NCBI GenBank assembly: GCA_001687465.1
Contig: LVLI01000263.1
Coordinates: 1-64,000 of the forward strand
DNA from: Halocafeteria seosinensis
Taxonomy: Eukaryota
Reading direction: 5' to 3'
DNA: 64,000 nucleotides
Shown here: positions 1 to 12,957 of the stretch, one piece after another
Layout of the letters: each line of letters starts with the position of its first letter
Position numbering within the stretch: the first letter of the stretch is position 1
Position numbers and translations under genes: made by a program
Notes under the pieces: generated by a model
What the model was told of the DNA's origin: nothing
The model's database searches: none
The model's input: only the letters and a program-made list of their open reading frames with translations

Positions 1-102
1 GAGCTTNACCAGTGCTGTGTTCCCTCACGGCGCATGTCAGCAAGGCTGCAGGAACAGCGGGCCCGTCGCTGCTTAACACGGGCGCATACCGCTCCTCGTT
101 AA

Positions 103-427
103 GAGGATGTGGTCAACTTCCCGGCCGGTGGGCTATCTGTCACATTTGTATGTGTGGGAAGCTTCCTCAAGAATTCTGATGAATGGCATTGGCCTGGAAT
201 GGATGGAAACGAGACGCTTAAGAGAGCAATACCAATGCACACGAGAAACTTGTCCAGAGCATGGACGCATGCAACAAATCTCGCAAGAGGAGACGAATAT
301 GAAGGATTAGGAATCTTTGACGTCGACAGCACCGGCAGCAGCCTGCGTAGTTTGTTGTGCCTCTGACCTTCGCACAGTGGACGGGGTGAACCCTACCTGG
401 AACCGCTCAAACATCTTCATGTTGTGA
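103..427 (+). CDS. possible 3' end of an unidentified gene (partial, window edge)
   Basis: ORF 109-366 plus an acceptor-like ...ctgaccttcgcacag at ~377 followed by a short frame ending VDGVNPTWNRSNIFML*. No recognisable motif. Confidence 0.2.
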
Positions 428-1039
428 CACATCAACGTGACAGACAGTTGCCCGTCATCAGCTTTCGAAAGTTCCCCATCCCCAGCTTCAGCACTGATAT
501 ACATTCTACCATGTGTGAGGTTGTAGTACTTTCTTTTCCCCGGAGTCCCATATGTAATGGGGCAAGTTTGATTTTGAGGGCAAAAATGTAATCGACCAAA
601 TGGCCGTTGTCAGAAGCAACGTGACGCTCCATAACAATGGTTGTGTGTGTATTGTACACATGCTCTAGAAGAGTTGGTGTGAAACCTATCCAGTAAGTTG
701 GTTGGTTACTGTCGTATAAACCAATTATACATATTTCCAATACTGATGCAAGCTGATTGTTTGACATATAACATAGCACGTTACTGTATACATGTCATTT
801 CATAGCTCCACTGTTGGAATTTGTTGATCAGCCTCCCGTTCGAAGGTCGCCCAGAGGCGGCCCACGAATCCATTGCACAGGAACTTTGGTTGGTCAAGAA
901 TCCGAATAATCGAAGAGCAGAATGATTATCCCTCCTCTAAAATAGAGAGTCTCGCTGCAGTACTCGGCTCAAAACGAGTCTTCGGTTCTCTGTCGGACAG
1001 CAGATGCAAATGCACCGAACAAGTTCGCATATCTTGACC

Positions 1040-2943
1040 TTACTGGTGCATACCACGTTTTCCATCTATTGCTTCATCACCATGGCGTGGACGAAACCTG
1101 ATGACTAGTGCATCTTTATCCAGAGGAGGAACGATCCCGCTTCCACCAGCCTTGGTGTTAGAAACGGGGAACTTGCCTTCAGGGATATTGTTAGGAGACG
1201 TCGATGCCTTTAGTTCTCCTCTTTCGTTGACATCATCTTTGTGATACATTTCCACATCAAGAGCGATAAGAATCGCCAGGAAAGCGATCTTGTTCTCATT
1301 GCGAACAAAGTATCTTCCTTTGCACATAGTTTCGCCCCCGCCAAACGCGAATAGAGGATATCGCACTTCCCTTCCATCCTTATAGAACTTTTTGCATCCT
1401 CCGCTTCCCTCATCATAAAAGCGGTCCCATTGAAACGTAAACGGATCGGGGAAAATCTCATTATCATAGTGGATGGTTGAAGCGTAAACAGCGACGCTGT
1501 CGTTTTGACGCACAGAAATGGCAGTTGTATCCAGTGGAAGAGTGGCGGGATTTGGAGCTTGGCGAACTGTGGTAAATGTTAAATCATCTCTTGCACAACA
1601 GCAGTGAGAATTAACAACGATAACGTCGAAGGCGAAGGTGAGACTTACACACGAAATTGGCGGCGTACAATCGGAGTATTTCTGAGAACACGCTGTCAAG
1701 CACCGCCATCTTTTTGAGGTCATCTGAACTGACATGACCAAGCAACTCCAATGCTTCTGTCACTGTCAAGTTATTAGTAGATGAGCTGCGGCCTGATGCA
1801 GCATTCACCACGTCTATTGCCTCCTTTCGGACTCGCTCCAATAAGCCCGGAGTGTTCAACGTATGCGCCATCGTCCAATAAATAGCTGGTAACGAGTTAC
1901 TGTGAGAAGCCCAGAAAATTGTTAGTTGCGCAGAACCTGAGAATCGAGACGAAAGAAGAGTGTGATGCATGTCTGGAGCCGAAAGCGGTGGTTGTAGAGT
2001 GGCTTACCGAGTTCTTCTTCCGGCAGTTGCTTTCCCTCGTAATGTTCCACTCTCTTTCGTACATAAGTGGACCCTTCTGCACGTTTAAGTCGAAGGAAGA
2101 GAAGTTGGTGACGAAGTCATCACAGGCGTAGTTTCAATGCAGCGTACGTTTACCAGAGAGAGTGCCCAGGACGCTCCACAGCTTTCGCCGGGCGTGAGCA
2201 ACCGAGGGATGAATATACAACAATTTCTCCCCAAACATGAGCAACGACGCAATTGCTCTGTCAAATGTACCAAAGTGATCGTACACGTCATGTTCCCAGT
2301 CCACGCCATTTTCGTCCGAAAACAGACTCTTTGATGCCGCAGAAAAGACCAAGCGGGTTACGAAATCATACATGGAAGCGCTAGTCCACGAACCATGCTC
2401 TTTTGTAAGCTTTGATTTGATTTCTTGCTGCATCATTCTACACATTCTGGAGCTAATTTCAGTGAGCGACTTCGGATTCAGGAGTCCTACGGTATGCAGA
2501 CGGTGGATGTGGTCTTGATCTACGCCCCATGTACGAGTACACTTGTCCATATCATGCCCAAAGAGATGCTTGCAGATTTCTTTGTTTTTCATTTCAGTCC
2601 CGATATCCTTACGGCTTCCCGTATTCCGAATGAAAGCGCGACCATCATGGGCATTAGTAATGAAGGTCATGCGAGCCCCAGCAAGGACACAGGTGAAGAT
2701 ACTTCCATATTGCTTCTCCAGTCTATGAAGCAATTGAAGAGGCGCTTTCCCAAATTCGGGAGCTGATCCCAGGAGCGGTAACCCTTCTCTGACAACAGGG
2801 GCTTCACCTGGATACTGTTTCGTCAGCTTCCAGTGCTTGATTAGAACCGCAACCAGTGTAGCCAAGAATGCGGTCCCTAGAACCCATGCTACCGTATGCG
2901 AGGGAAATCCCTCGGAGATTCTGTAGGGCACACCATACATCAC
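1040..2943 (-). CDS. cytochrome P450, clan 7-like (CYP7/CYP8/CYP39-like), 4 exons
   Basis: N-terminal membrane anchor, I-helix IFWASHSNSLPAIYW, K-helix EILR, FQWDRF, heme motif FGGGETMCKGRYF. Three GT-AG introns restore the frame. Confidence 0.9.
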
Positions 2944-3195
2944 CCGAATAGAAGCCCGTTGACATCCACCTCCTCACACGCTATGCCTGCACTACAAATC
3001 CAAACACGGGCTCGTCAAACCCAACGTGAAGATGGAGCGTTTGTGAATCAACTTGTGAAGCTCAAACTCGCAGCCGGAGTGACTCCACAAGAGTTGGACT
3101 CGTAAGATACGCCGTGCATTTGTCGTTTTTGACCATAACGGTGCTGACCTAAGAGCGAAAAAGAGTGTGCTACAACTGTGCTGTACTATTACACC

Positions 3196-4639
3196 ATGGC
3201 CGCTGCATCCGAGGAAAAAGTGGACGACGTGTCCCAAAAACTAGCGGAAGCCGGGCTGGAGGGCGAGGAGGAGTTTGATGAAGACACCGCCAAAAAGACT
3301 TTGGAGGAGAACGAGAAAGAAATCCAGAAACTCCAGCAAAAAAATGCTGGCATCAAAAAAATTCTAGACAAGAAACAGGGTGCCGCAGGTGCTGTAGGAG
3401 TTGCCATGTACAAAAAGTCGGAATATGATCTGGAAACGCGCTTCCAGCTTTGTCGTAGTGTTGGAGAGGAATGCATTTCGGTAAGCGTGCTTTTCACTCC
3501 ACTACTAGAGAGATGGCATGAATTGTCACATCGAGTTTGTGTCTTCGTGGACGAACTGCTTTTTCTACGCAGGAAGACAACTTGAGACAATTGTTGTCGA
3601 AGAAGGATAACCCTGTATGTTACGATGGGTTTGAACCGTCTGGAAGGATGCATATCGCCCAAGGAGTGCTCAAGTCCATCCTGGTTAATAAGCTTACCGC
3701 ATCTGGTTGCGTATTCAAGTTTTGGGTAGCTGATTGGTTTGCCATGCTCAACAACAAGTTCGGAGGGGACCTCAAGAAGATACAGAAAGTAGGTGAATAC
3801 TTCATTGAAGTGTGGAAAGCTGTTGGAATGGATATGTCCAATGTTGAGTTCTTGTGGGCGTCGGAGGAAATCAACAAAAATTCTTCAACCTATTGGCCTC
3901 GAGTCATGGATATTGCACGCAAGTTCAATCTACCTCGTATCCAGCGTTGTTGCACAATCATGGGGCGCAACTCGGATGCCGAGCAACCCGCTGCTCAGAT
4001 TTTGTACCCATGTATGCAATGTGCCGATATATTCCATTTGAAGGCAGACATTTGCCAATTGGGAATGGACCAACGGAAAGTCAATATGTTAGCAAGGGAG
4101 TACTGTGATGAGGTGAAGCCGAAGATTAAGAACAAACCGGTCATTCTCTCCCATCATATGCTCATGGGGCTAAAGGAAGGCCAGGAGAAGATGAGCAAAT
4201 CGCAGCCAGACAGTGCTGTGTTCATGGAAGACTCGGTTGCAGATGTGAACCGTAAGATTAAGAACGCCTACTGCCGTGAAAAAGACGTGGAGAATAACCC
4301 GTGCATTGATTGGACCAAGCACATTCTTTTCCCGAAATTTGGCTCAGTCACTATTGAAAGGAAGCCTGAACACGGTGGTAACAAGACTTATACTGAATAT
4401 GAACAGCTTGAGGAAGACTTTAAGTCTGGGGACCTGCACCCTGCTGATCTCAAATCCGCGTTAGCTAAAGGACTTAACGAGTAAGTTATCTTCTATCCAA
4501 AGACGTTGAGTTCTAGTGGATTAAGTAATCACTCTTTGTCTCTGACTGCAGATGTATCCAACCTGTACGCGATCACTTTGCTAAAGGGGATGCAAAGAAA
4601 CTCCTAGATACAGTTCGAAAATATCAAGTATCTCGATAA
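3196..4639 (+). CDS. TYRS: cytosolic tyrosyl-tRNA synthetase, 3 exons
   Basis: YDGFEPSGRMHIAQG (HIGH-like), QLGMDQRKV, KMSKS and LHPADLK motifs. Introns at ~3481-3572 and ~4481-4551; ends ...KYQVSR*. Confidence 0.95.
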
Positions 4640-4869
4640 GTGCGTGCTTCCTTGCTCCGGTTTCGGTGCAACTTCTGGTAGCCTGGGTAGTGGTCTAAGT
4701 ACAAATGGTGTTAGGAAAAAATGCGTGTTTATTTCAATAAACATTTTCTTCTTTGTAATCTTTTGTTGTTTGGTATGATTCCTCCTCGGGTGGAGGTGCC
4801 TCAAGTCGCGAAGTTGCAACCAGTTGAAGTTGTTGCTTCAGCTGCTGCTGATACGTCTGAGACCACTGC

Positions 4870-6566
4870 ATGGTTGTTGATGGGAGGGAAGTAATTGTTA
4901 GATTTTGTATTACAGGTGTAAAGGGGAGTCAGAAACGTACACACAAATAGCGAGCAATGGAGTATCAGAGTATACGCGTCCCGTATGAGGTGTTATCCCG
5001 GGAGTTCCGTCTCTCCCAGAAGAATGTAAGCGCCATGCAGCACTTCGAGACCCGTTTGAGACAAACCTTGGCACTTTGATGATCCGACTCTTGCAGACTG
5101 AAAAACTCCTGAGCAGCGTTCCGGAGAAATTGGACAGCATGAACTCGATAAAGGACTTGGATGCCTTGATCGGGGAAGTTGAAGCCCAAGAGAAAGCTGT
5201 AAGTGATGACATGACGCACTTGTACTTGTATCAAACTCTTTATGCTTTAAAATAGAACCGTATTGAACATTCTCTCCTCTTCACCTGGAGATGCAGTCGA
5301 GGGAATCGGCTGAGAAGCAGCAAGAAGCTCTAGAAAAACTGCAACGTCGTTCAGACCACCTGGAAAAAAGTATGTGGCATGCTTGTATGTTTTTATTGGA
5401 TTAAAAAAACACTGAAAAACGTTCATGGAATACAGATGGTACATATTCAACCGATCTCTTGGTTGCTGATCATCTGGGGCGCCAAGGATACACTAAGCCA
5501 GTTGCCTGTTTACTGGATGAGTTGGAACCACATGAACAACAGTTGTTAGACATAGATGTTTTGAATGAAATCAACTCTGCAATTGAAGGAATAAGAAACC
5601 GAAATCTTGAGATTCCCCTTGATTGGGCCAAAGAAAATGGCTCAAGGTTGAGGCGTCTGGAAAGCAACTTGGAGTTAGAGTTGAGGAAACAACAGTTCTT
5701 AGAATATGTTCGTTTGGGCAGAAAAGACGAGGCAATGAAAATTGCGAGTGAACATTTGGCTCCTGTCGCATCCCAAGCATCGAGCTCTGCCGCTAGTGCT
5801 GAAGGCGCTGACGCTCAGAGTGCTTCTGGAAGCCGAGATCGAAATACTTATACACTTGCATCTGTTCAACAGATGATGGGTGTGCTGGCGTTTACTCAAC
5901 CTCAGAATTGTGGTGTTCCGGAAGTTGAACGATTATTTCATGAAGATAAGTGGCGAGAGCTTGAAAATCTCTTTCGGCAGGAGGCTTGTAAGGTGTTGGG
6001 ATTAGGCGAGAGCTCCTGCTTAATGCGCATGATCGCTGCCGGACTCTGTGCTTTAAAAACTCCGTAAGTTAACCACTCACCATGCCAAGTGTATGATATT
6101 GGGATATTCTCCACTTGGTTGCGATTTGGTTTCCTGCAGTGGTTGTGTTGAACACCTTGAAGGCGGCAGTGAAGGCGAGAATAGTGGGAGCCAGACCAAG
6201 CGAATATCTGAGTCTGAAATCCAATCTGTCCAGCGGGCTTTATCACGTACCCTCGCATCAGAGCAGGGATCCGAAGAAATTGAAGTGGCTCCACCTCTGT
6301 CACACTGCCCTGTGTGTCAGAGCGACTTCTTCCAAAAGTTTTCACAAAGATTACCAATGACTAAGAGGTCTACGAGTCATCTGTTGTGTGCCGCATCAAG
6401 ACAAGTGTTGGGATACACGAACAAGCCAATGGCGTTGCCAAATGGGTATCTGTATAGTGGGCGAGCTGTTGCGGCCCTGACAAGCGACGATGGTAGCAAA
6501 GTCTTTTGTCTGCACACTCGTGAAGCATACCCTAAGAAAGACGTAAAGCGTGTATTCATAGTGTAG
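4870..6566 (+). CDS. MAEA: CTLH/GID E3 ligase subunit MAEA/Fyv10 (Gid9), multi-exon
   Basis: N-terminal EYQSIRVPYEVLSREFRLSQKN, LisH/CTLH (ESNLELELRKQQFLE), GLCALKTP and C-terminal PMALPNGYLY. Start may instead be ATG 4957. Confidence 0.85.
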
Positions 6567-6679
6567 ACGAATATACATACAGCTTTACTTCTAAGAACGT
6601 CACACAAGTAATAACTGAGAATATCATCTGGCACCAACTTGTTTATTTTAAAGGCTTCTAACAACAACGACAGCTTATA

Positions 6680-8283
6680 TTACTCCTCCTTTGGGGACAG
6701 GTCTAGCTCATTTCCTGTGATTCGCCGATACAATTCAAGCACTTCTTTGCTGATGGATTCGAAGTGGGAAGTGGCATCGTAGCTTCTAGTAATGTACACG
6801 TTGTCTTCCGTACCATCGGCGGCAGGTTCCCAAGTATCAACGATGTTATCAAAGCGCGTAATTGTCTTCCCCAAGAGGCTAGTGTTCACCTCCTTCTTGG
6901 CTTCATTCGTTTCCACAGTGGTACTAATGATAGCAGCGTATATGCCCTTGGCCGTGACCTCGTGGTCATTGCCCAGCATTGAAATGTAGATGTCATTGTT
7001 CCTTCCGACTTGCTTCTGAGGGAGGATAATCTGAGCGCTTCCGACCTGGTCTTTAATGGCGGAAATGGGATGATCCATAAGGCAGATGCTCCGAATGACT
7101 TTGCCAGTGTGTTTCACACGAGAGCTGTTGAAGTATGAGGGATCACCAATCACCATGCTTGCGGACGCAGCTTGTTCGCCTGCTCGCACACCAGCGAATT
7201 TTCCATCAGGGCCATAGAGAATTTCGTCGATATCTTGATTCAGCATGAAGATTCCTCCATTGATCGCGCACAGACGGGAGAAAGACTCTGGAAGACCTCC
7301 GAGACCGTACACTGGGTAAATAAAGGGGCTAGTTCCGTATTTCTCCAAAGAGCTACCGTACAACTTGACGGCCTCTGCAAAAGGGGCAGCTGGTTTGTCC
7401 AAATACGAATCATCCGGTTGAAGCGCCATGGCATGGCCAACGAAATCAACCGTGTTCTCGTCACACCCGAACTTGTCCATTAGCTGACGGGCAGTTCCTT
7501 TTTCCATATCAAAACCTTCGTGAGTGGAGGGGTCGTCCTGTTTATATTTGGCAATGTATTGCAGAAAGTTGCGAAGTTTCCGCTTTTGGAAAAACCCCAC
7601 CAACCCGGTTTTCATGGCTTCGTATTCAGTGGCAGGCACCTTATGTACGCTTCCATCTGATTTGTACACAAAACTACCTCCTACTTGTTTAAAATCCAAG
7701 TAATTGGTCACTCCTGTCTTGATCAAGATTTGGACTAGGAGGCCGTCCGCAAAGATGAATTTGGGAACAAGATCAACGTTGTAATCACGGTTGTGCCCAA
7801 GCTGCTTGAAGAAGTCCTCTGCAGGCTCAGAGTTGGGGTCAACAAATTTTTGCCACAAATTCTGTACACATGAGCAAATGATGTTATAGCGCTCACAGAA
7901 TCTCCTCAACCACGACACGTATCTTACCGATAAGTTCAACGAAGCGCATTCTCCGCCATAGTAAGGGTTTCTATCCAACACGAGAACCTGAAGATTAAAC
8001 AGAGAGCGTACAAAAACAGAAATAACTGCATGAAAGCTACTGCTTTGAGCATCCGGGTGCCTTGCAACATGCTGCCGTAGGGTTTTTCTTCTCTGCTTGT
8101 TTGAGCAGTAGAATCATTCGCAACCCATACCTTTTTCCCTTCAATGGCAAGTAGACCACCTAGGATACATTCTTTCAGCCCAGTGCCCAGTACGATGACA
8201 TCGTATTTCCCGTCTGCTAATGGCTTATACTCGGTACCGTTGATCTCCACGCTGGAGGGGATGCCTTCTTCTTCCGCGGCCAT
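6680..8283 (-). CDS. GDI1: Rab GDP-dissociation inhibitor, 3 exons
   Basis: YDVIVLGTGLKECIL, DRNPYYGGE, SPFIYPVYGLGGLPESFSRLCAI, SYDATSHFE. Introns at 7988-8130 and 7862-7927. Confidence 0.97.
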
Positions 8284-8700
8284 TTCTTTCTTCCTCTACA
8301 ACTAGATCTCAAACGCGAAAAACAGGTCAAACGAAAGAATGTCTTACTATGTTCTAATGCTTGTCAACTCTATAGGCGACCTTACTATTGTGGTGCATGA
8401 TGACTTTCTTCCCTCACTCCAAGTCCAACAATTCTTTGTCGCGTTTGGCAAGACTCCCAGCAGGCTGTAGCGAGGAAGAAGAACATAGTGTATAAACAGT
8501 GTATTGCCGGTTTCTACCACAGTCGCTCACGTTTGCTCCGACGGTAGAGACGTTGCTTCACTCGCGCTGGCTGTGGTATCTTGTTCAGCGGTAGTGGCTG
8601 TTTCTGCATACTGTAGTTAAACTTGGCTCACTTGCTCCTGGAAAAGACCGGTGGTGGTCAATCTTAGCAGTGCTGTATTTGACAGATACACTCAAAAAAA

Positions 8701-10186
8701 ATGTCGTCGACACAAGACAAGATCCAAGAGATCGAGGCCGAGGTATGCTAGGTTGAATCCTGTTGAATGGCAACAGTGGCCATGGAGGATCGACAGACAC
8801 AATGTGTCATTGGGCTCTATTGACCCCTCTCTTATTGATTGGTTCCATGCAGATGGCCAAAACACAGAAGAATAAGGCAACCGCCAAACATTTCGCCATG
8901 TTGAAATCGAAATTGGCGAAATTGAAAGCGGAATTAGTCGAGGGAGGAAAGGTACGTGAAGCAAGCCATTTTGAATTCCTAGCCAGTTCCTATAATTATT
9001 GGTTGATGAAAATACAGGGAGGTGGCGGTGGAGGTGCTGGTGGTTTTAACGTTTCGAAGGTACGTAGGCGAACGCTGGCTGGCTGACATCTGCTCTTATT
9101 CTGTCGATGTCCTGTTGTGGTTTGTTCCACCAGGCCGGAGATACGAGAGTTGGACTAGTTGGGTTTCCTTCTGTTGGAAAGTCTACACTTTTGTCGAAAC
9201 TCACGGGGACTACCTCTGAGGTTGCTGCATACGAATTTACAACGTTAACGGCAATTCCGGGTACTATGCACTACAAAGGAGCACGCATTCAGGTGCTCGA
9301 TCTACCTGGGATTATTGAAGGTGCCAAAGACGGCAAGGGTAGAGGTAAACAAGTAATTGGAGCTGCACGCACATGTAACATTATCTTGATTGTATTGGAT
9401 GCCACGAAACCCCTGACACATAAAAGAGTGATCAATCGAGAACTGGAGGGTTTTGGTATTAGGTTGAACAAAAGCCCACCAGATATTGTGGTGAGGAAGA
9501 AAGATAAAGGAGGTGTTGCATTCCAGAGTCTTCGTAAGTACCAGAAACTGTGTTCACTCCGTGGAAGTTTTGTCTGAAGTGTTTGTGCAACTGTTGCAGA
9601 TGAACAAGAGCACCTGGATGAGGACATTGTGAGGAGCATTTGCTCGGAATACAAGCTACCAAATTGTGAGGTTGTGATCAAGTACCCTAATGCAACAGTA
9701 GATGAGTTGATTGATGTCATTATGGGAACGCGAGTATATATGCCTGCATTATACATTCTCAACAAAATCGATGCAATCAGCATTGAAGAGCTAGATTTAC
9801 TGGCGCGAGTCCCCCACTATTGCATGATTTCTGCTAAAGATGAATGGAATTTCGACGAGCTTATGGAAAAAATATGGAACTACTGCAACATGATCAGAAT
9901 GTAAGTCTCATATGAAAACTGATGAATTCTTACTGAAGCGGATAAAGCCGATGCTTACTGCAGATACACAAAGCCTAAAGGAGAGTTGCCGGATTACAAA
10001 GAACCTGTTGTTCTACATAATAACCACCCGACAGTGGAAGAATTTTGCAATAGGCTACACAAAAGTATAATGGAGCAATTCAAGCACGCGTGGGTCTGGG
10101 GAAGCAGTGTGAAGCACCAGCCCCAAAAGGTGGGCAAGGATCATGTCTTGAACGACGAAGATGTCATACAAGTAGTCAAGAAGTAG
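8701..10186 (+). CDS. DRG1: developmentally regulated GTP-binding protein (DRG1-type), 6 exons
   Basis: [24 protein letters not shown] start, [29 protein letters not shown] and C-terminal TGS domain [13 protein letters not shown]. Confidence 0.95.
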
Positions 10187-10242
10187 GATATAGCACTAGC
10201 GATGTAATATTCGATTTTCGGAAATAGCTTGAGCTGGTGTTT

Positions 10243-12162
10243 TTACTTACCGCTCTTGCCTTTGTAGGCGCGAACACCTCTTCCCATCATGCCTTTCATA
10301 CCTTGACCTCCCATTCCAGCACTCATTGGAGCTCCTCTACCTAGTCCCATTCCTCCTCTGGCACCACCTCGTCCTCGTCCACCACCTTGTCCTTGTTGTT
10401 GGTCTTGTGACTTCGGGTTTCGAATAGTCTCATCTACGGATAATACAAGACATGCAGCTTCCGCTGCGGCGTTATAGCTGTTAATCTTTGACGAGACAGG
10501 CTCCCAGACGCCTCGCTCCATTGTATCACAAATGCCCTCGTTGTCTATATCAACACCCCACCATTGTCCTCGGCCTCTGTTTCGTCATGAGCAACGCACA
10601 ACGCTTAGCAAAAAGCAGGATCAAAACAGATACAGCCGCATGTACTTACTTTTCTTGACTATGCTTCATTCTAAGCTGGTTTAAAATGTCAGTGCTGTCA
10701 AAGCCCGCATTCAACGCAAGCTGTCTGGGAATAGTTTCTAAGGCTTTCGCAAACGCAGCAACAATTGGTTGCGCTTTACCCTTAATTGTTCTTGCCTGTT
10801 CTTTCAAATACCGAGACATTTCCATCTCAATTGCACCACCTCCAGCAACAACTTTAGAGCTCTTAATACAATTCTTCACAATCATAAGAGAATCATGTAG
10901 ACTCCTTTCAGTCTCCTCGATGAACTCGCGTGCTCCTCCTCTCAACATAAGTGTAGCAGTATTAGCACCCGGGCAACCAGTGAACACGTTGTAGCGTTCT
11001 CCACCAACCTGACGCTCTTCAAAGGTTTCACACTCCCCGAGCACCTCGCTGTTCTTTTCTAATCCATGCACGGTGGATTGGATTCTCCCTCCAGTAGCTC
11101 TAGCGACTCTGTCAAGATCCTGGGAAGCCACACGTCCCGCACAGAAAACTCCTCGATCCGCAAAGTATTGTGTCGCTAAATCACCAATGGGGAGTTTCGA
11201 GAGAACAATAGATGCTCCACTCTTTACACATAAATCCAGTTTCTCGTAAATTATGTCCCACTCGGCGTCAACGATACTTTGGTACTTCGACGGGTCGCTA
11301 ATGCGAATTTCTGCGTTTTCCTTCTCGCTCTTCAGCTCCAGTTCAACGTTCAGTAGGAGGATTTTCGGGCTTTGGAAGTACTTGGGCTGTTGTTCGAAGC
11401 CGGCGTAACTGAACGTCCGTTTGAAGGCAACACCATGCACAATAAAGCTATCAGTAACACTGCCTCCTGGTATTTTCTTGACACCGACCAAATCCAAATC
11501 AAGCTCGTCGCCCAGTGTCTCCACGGCTTCCACAACGAGTGGAGCGAAGAAATCCTGATAGCGCGAAATCAACTTAGAGTTAAGAGATGTTTTAGCACAC
11601 TTCTCAAGAAGTGTGCGTCTCAACTGATCGTCATTTGCAAAGTCTGAGGCCAGTTCTCTGAGACGAGTGTTAGCAAGGCTAGATGCCTTCCTTAAAGCTC
11701 TAATAATAGTCTGAGGGTGCACCCCATCTTCTACGAACTCCTTGCTCAGATTGAGGACCTCTCCTGCGAGGAGCATAACTGTAGTTGTACCGTCGCCAAT
11801 CTCAGCGTCTTGAGACCTTGCAATGTCGACCAAAGTCTTCGCGGCGGGATGGACAATGTCCAAAAGTTTAGCAATTTCGGCGCCGTCGTTCGATACAGTA
11901 ACCTGTAGCGGAAAAGCGACTACCACGGTCCCTATCTGCTTCTGAGTACACTTCCAAACATTCAACGAACCTTTTGTCCATCGTGAATAAGTTTGTCCAT
12001 CCCTCGAGGACCCAATGTCGTACGCACCGCTTCCACTACTGCTTGACAAGCGTTGATATTGCTGATGAGTTGGCCCTTTCCCTGGCTGGTATCTGTGCCA
12101 TCCTTCAAAAGAATTACTTGAGGCTGGAATCCAGGACCTCCATTAGGGTTCATGAATGCCAT
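10243..12162 (-). CDS. CCT7: T-complex protein 1 subunit eta, 3 exons
   Basis: [65 protein letters not shown]. Confidence 0.97.
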
Positions 12163-12957
12163 TTTTCGTTTATCGTCGTATGGAGTCTTTTCCTGCAAGC
12201 AAACAATTCCACGAATTCAAATTCAAATTGCCTCGATAATTACAAAAAGCATAAGGGGCAACCACAGGGCGAGCAACAAGGGGACAGGAAGACAGAGGTA
12301 ACCGATGTACACAAAATTCAAAACCTCTCAGCTACTAGCACCGCTAACATCGTATACTGAGGATTTCTCATGAGAAAATCGTGACAGTTCTCGCACGCAC
12401 ACCCTTAGCGAAAACGTAAGGCGGCGCAACACCCACCACAAGGGCTGAGATGAAGAGAAATGCTCCAAAACAGCATTGTCCTTCGACTACAACTTACGAG
12501 CTTAGAAGCAGTATTTTTCTCAAGCTACACCACACGAAACGGTGATCGAGCTGTTCAAATTACGAAGATATCGAGATGTATGCAACAAGTCGAGCTAGAG
12601 TATAGGCTGCATAATTGGGCAGCATTGGTTGCAGCATACAGTACAGAAGTAACCGTGCAATCAAAAGTTGCACTAACAAGTTGAAACTCAAAAAAATAAT
12701 CGTCCAAACGCAGAGTTAAACGAGGAGATCAAATGGACACAGCTGTGTTTGAGAAGAAAGAAATGTCCCCATGCGTGACATTCTATTGTGTGTAGCTTGC
12801 CCCAACTTCAGGAACAAAGGAAAGGGGCTGTGACAGAGAAAGACGCATTTCAAATTCACTAAACGGCTTTTTTCTTTTGGACTCTTCTGTGCCTGCGTTT
12901 CCAAGGAATACGGAAGGTAGAAACTAACTTGGTGGAAAGAACACAAGGTTTAGAGAT

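Noticed and set aside
12364..12377. 14-bp palindrome TTTCTCATGAGAAA between CCT7 and POC1
   Set aside because: A single occurrence that does not fit HSE spacing; about four such palindromes are expected by chance in 64 kb.
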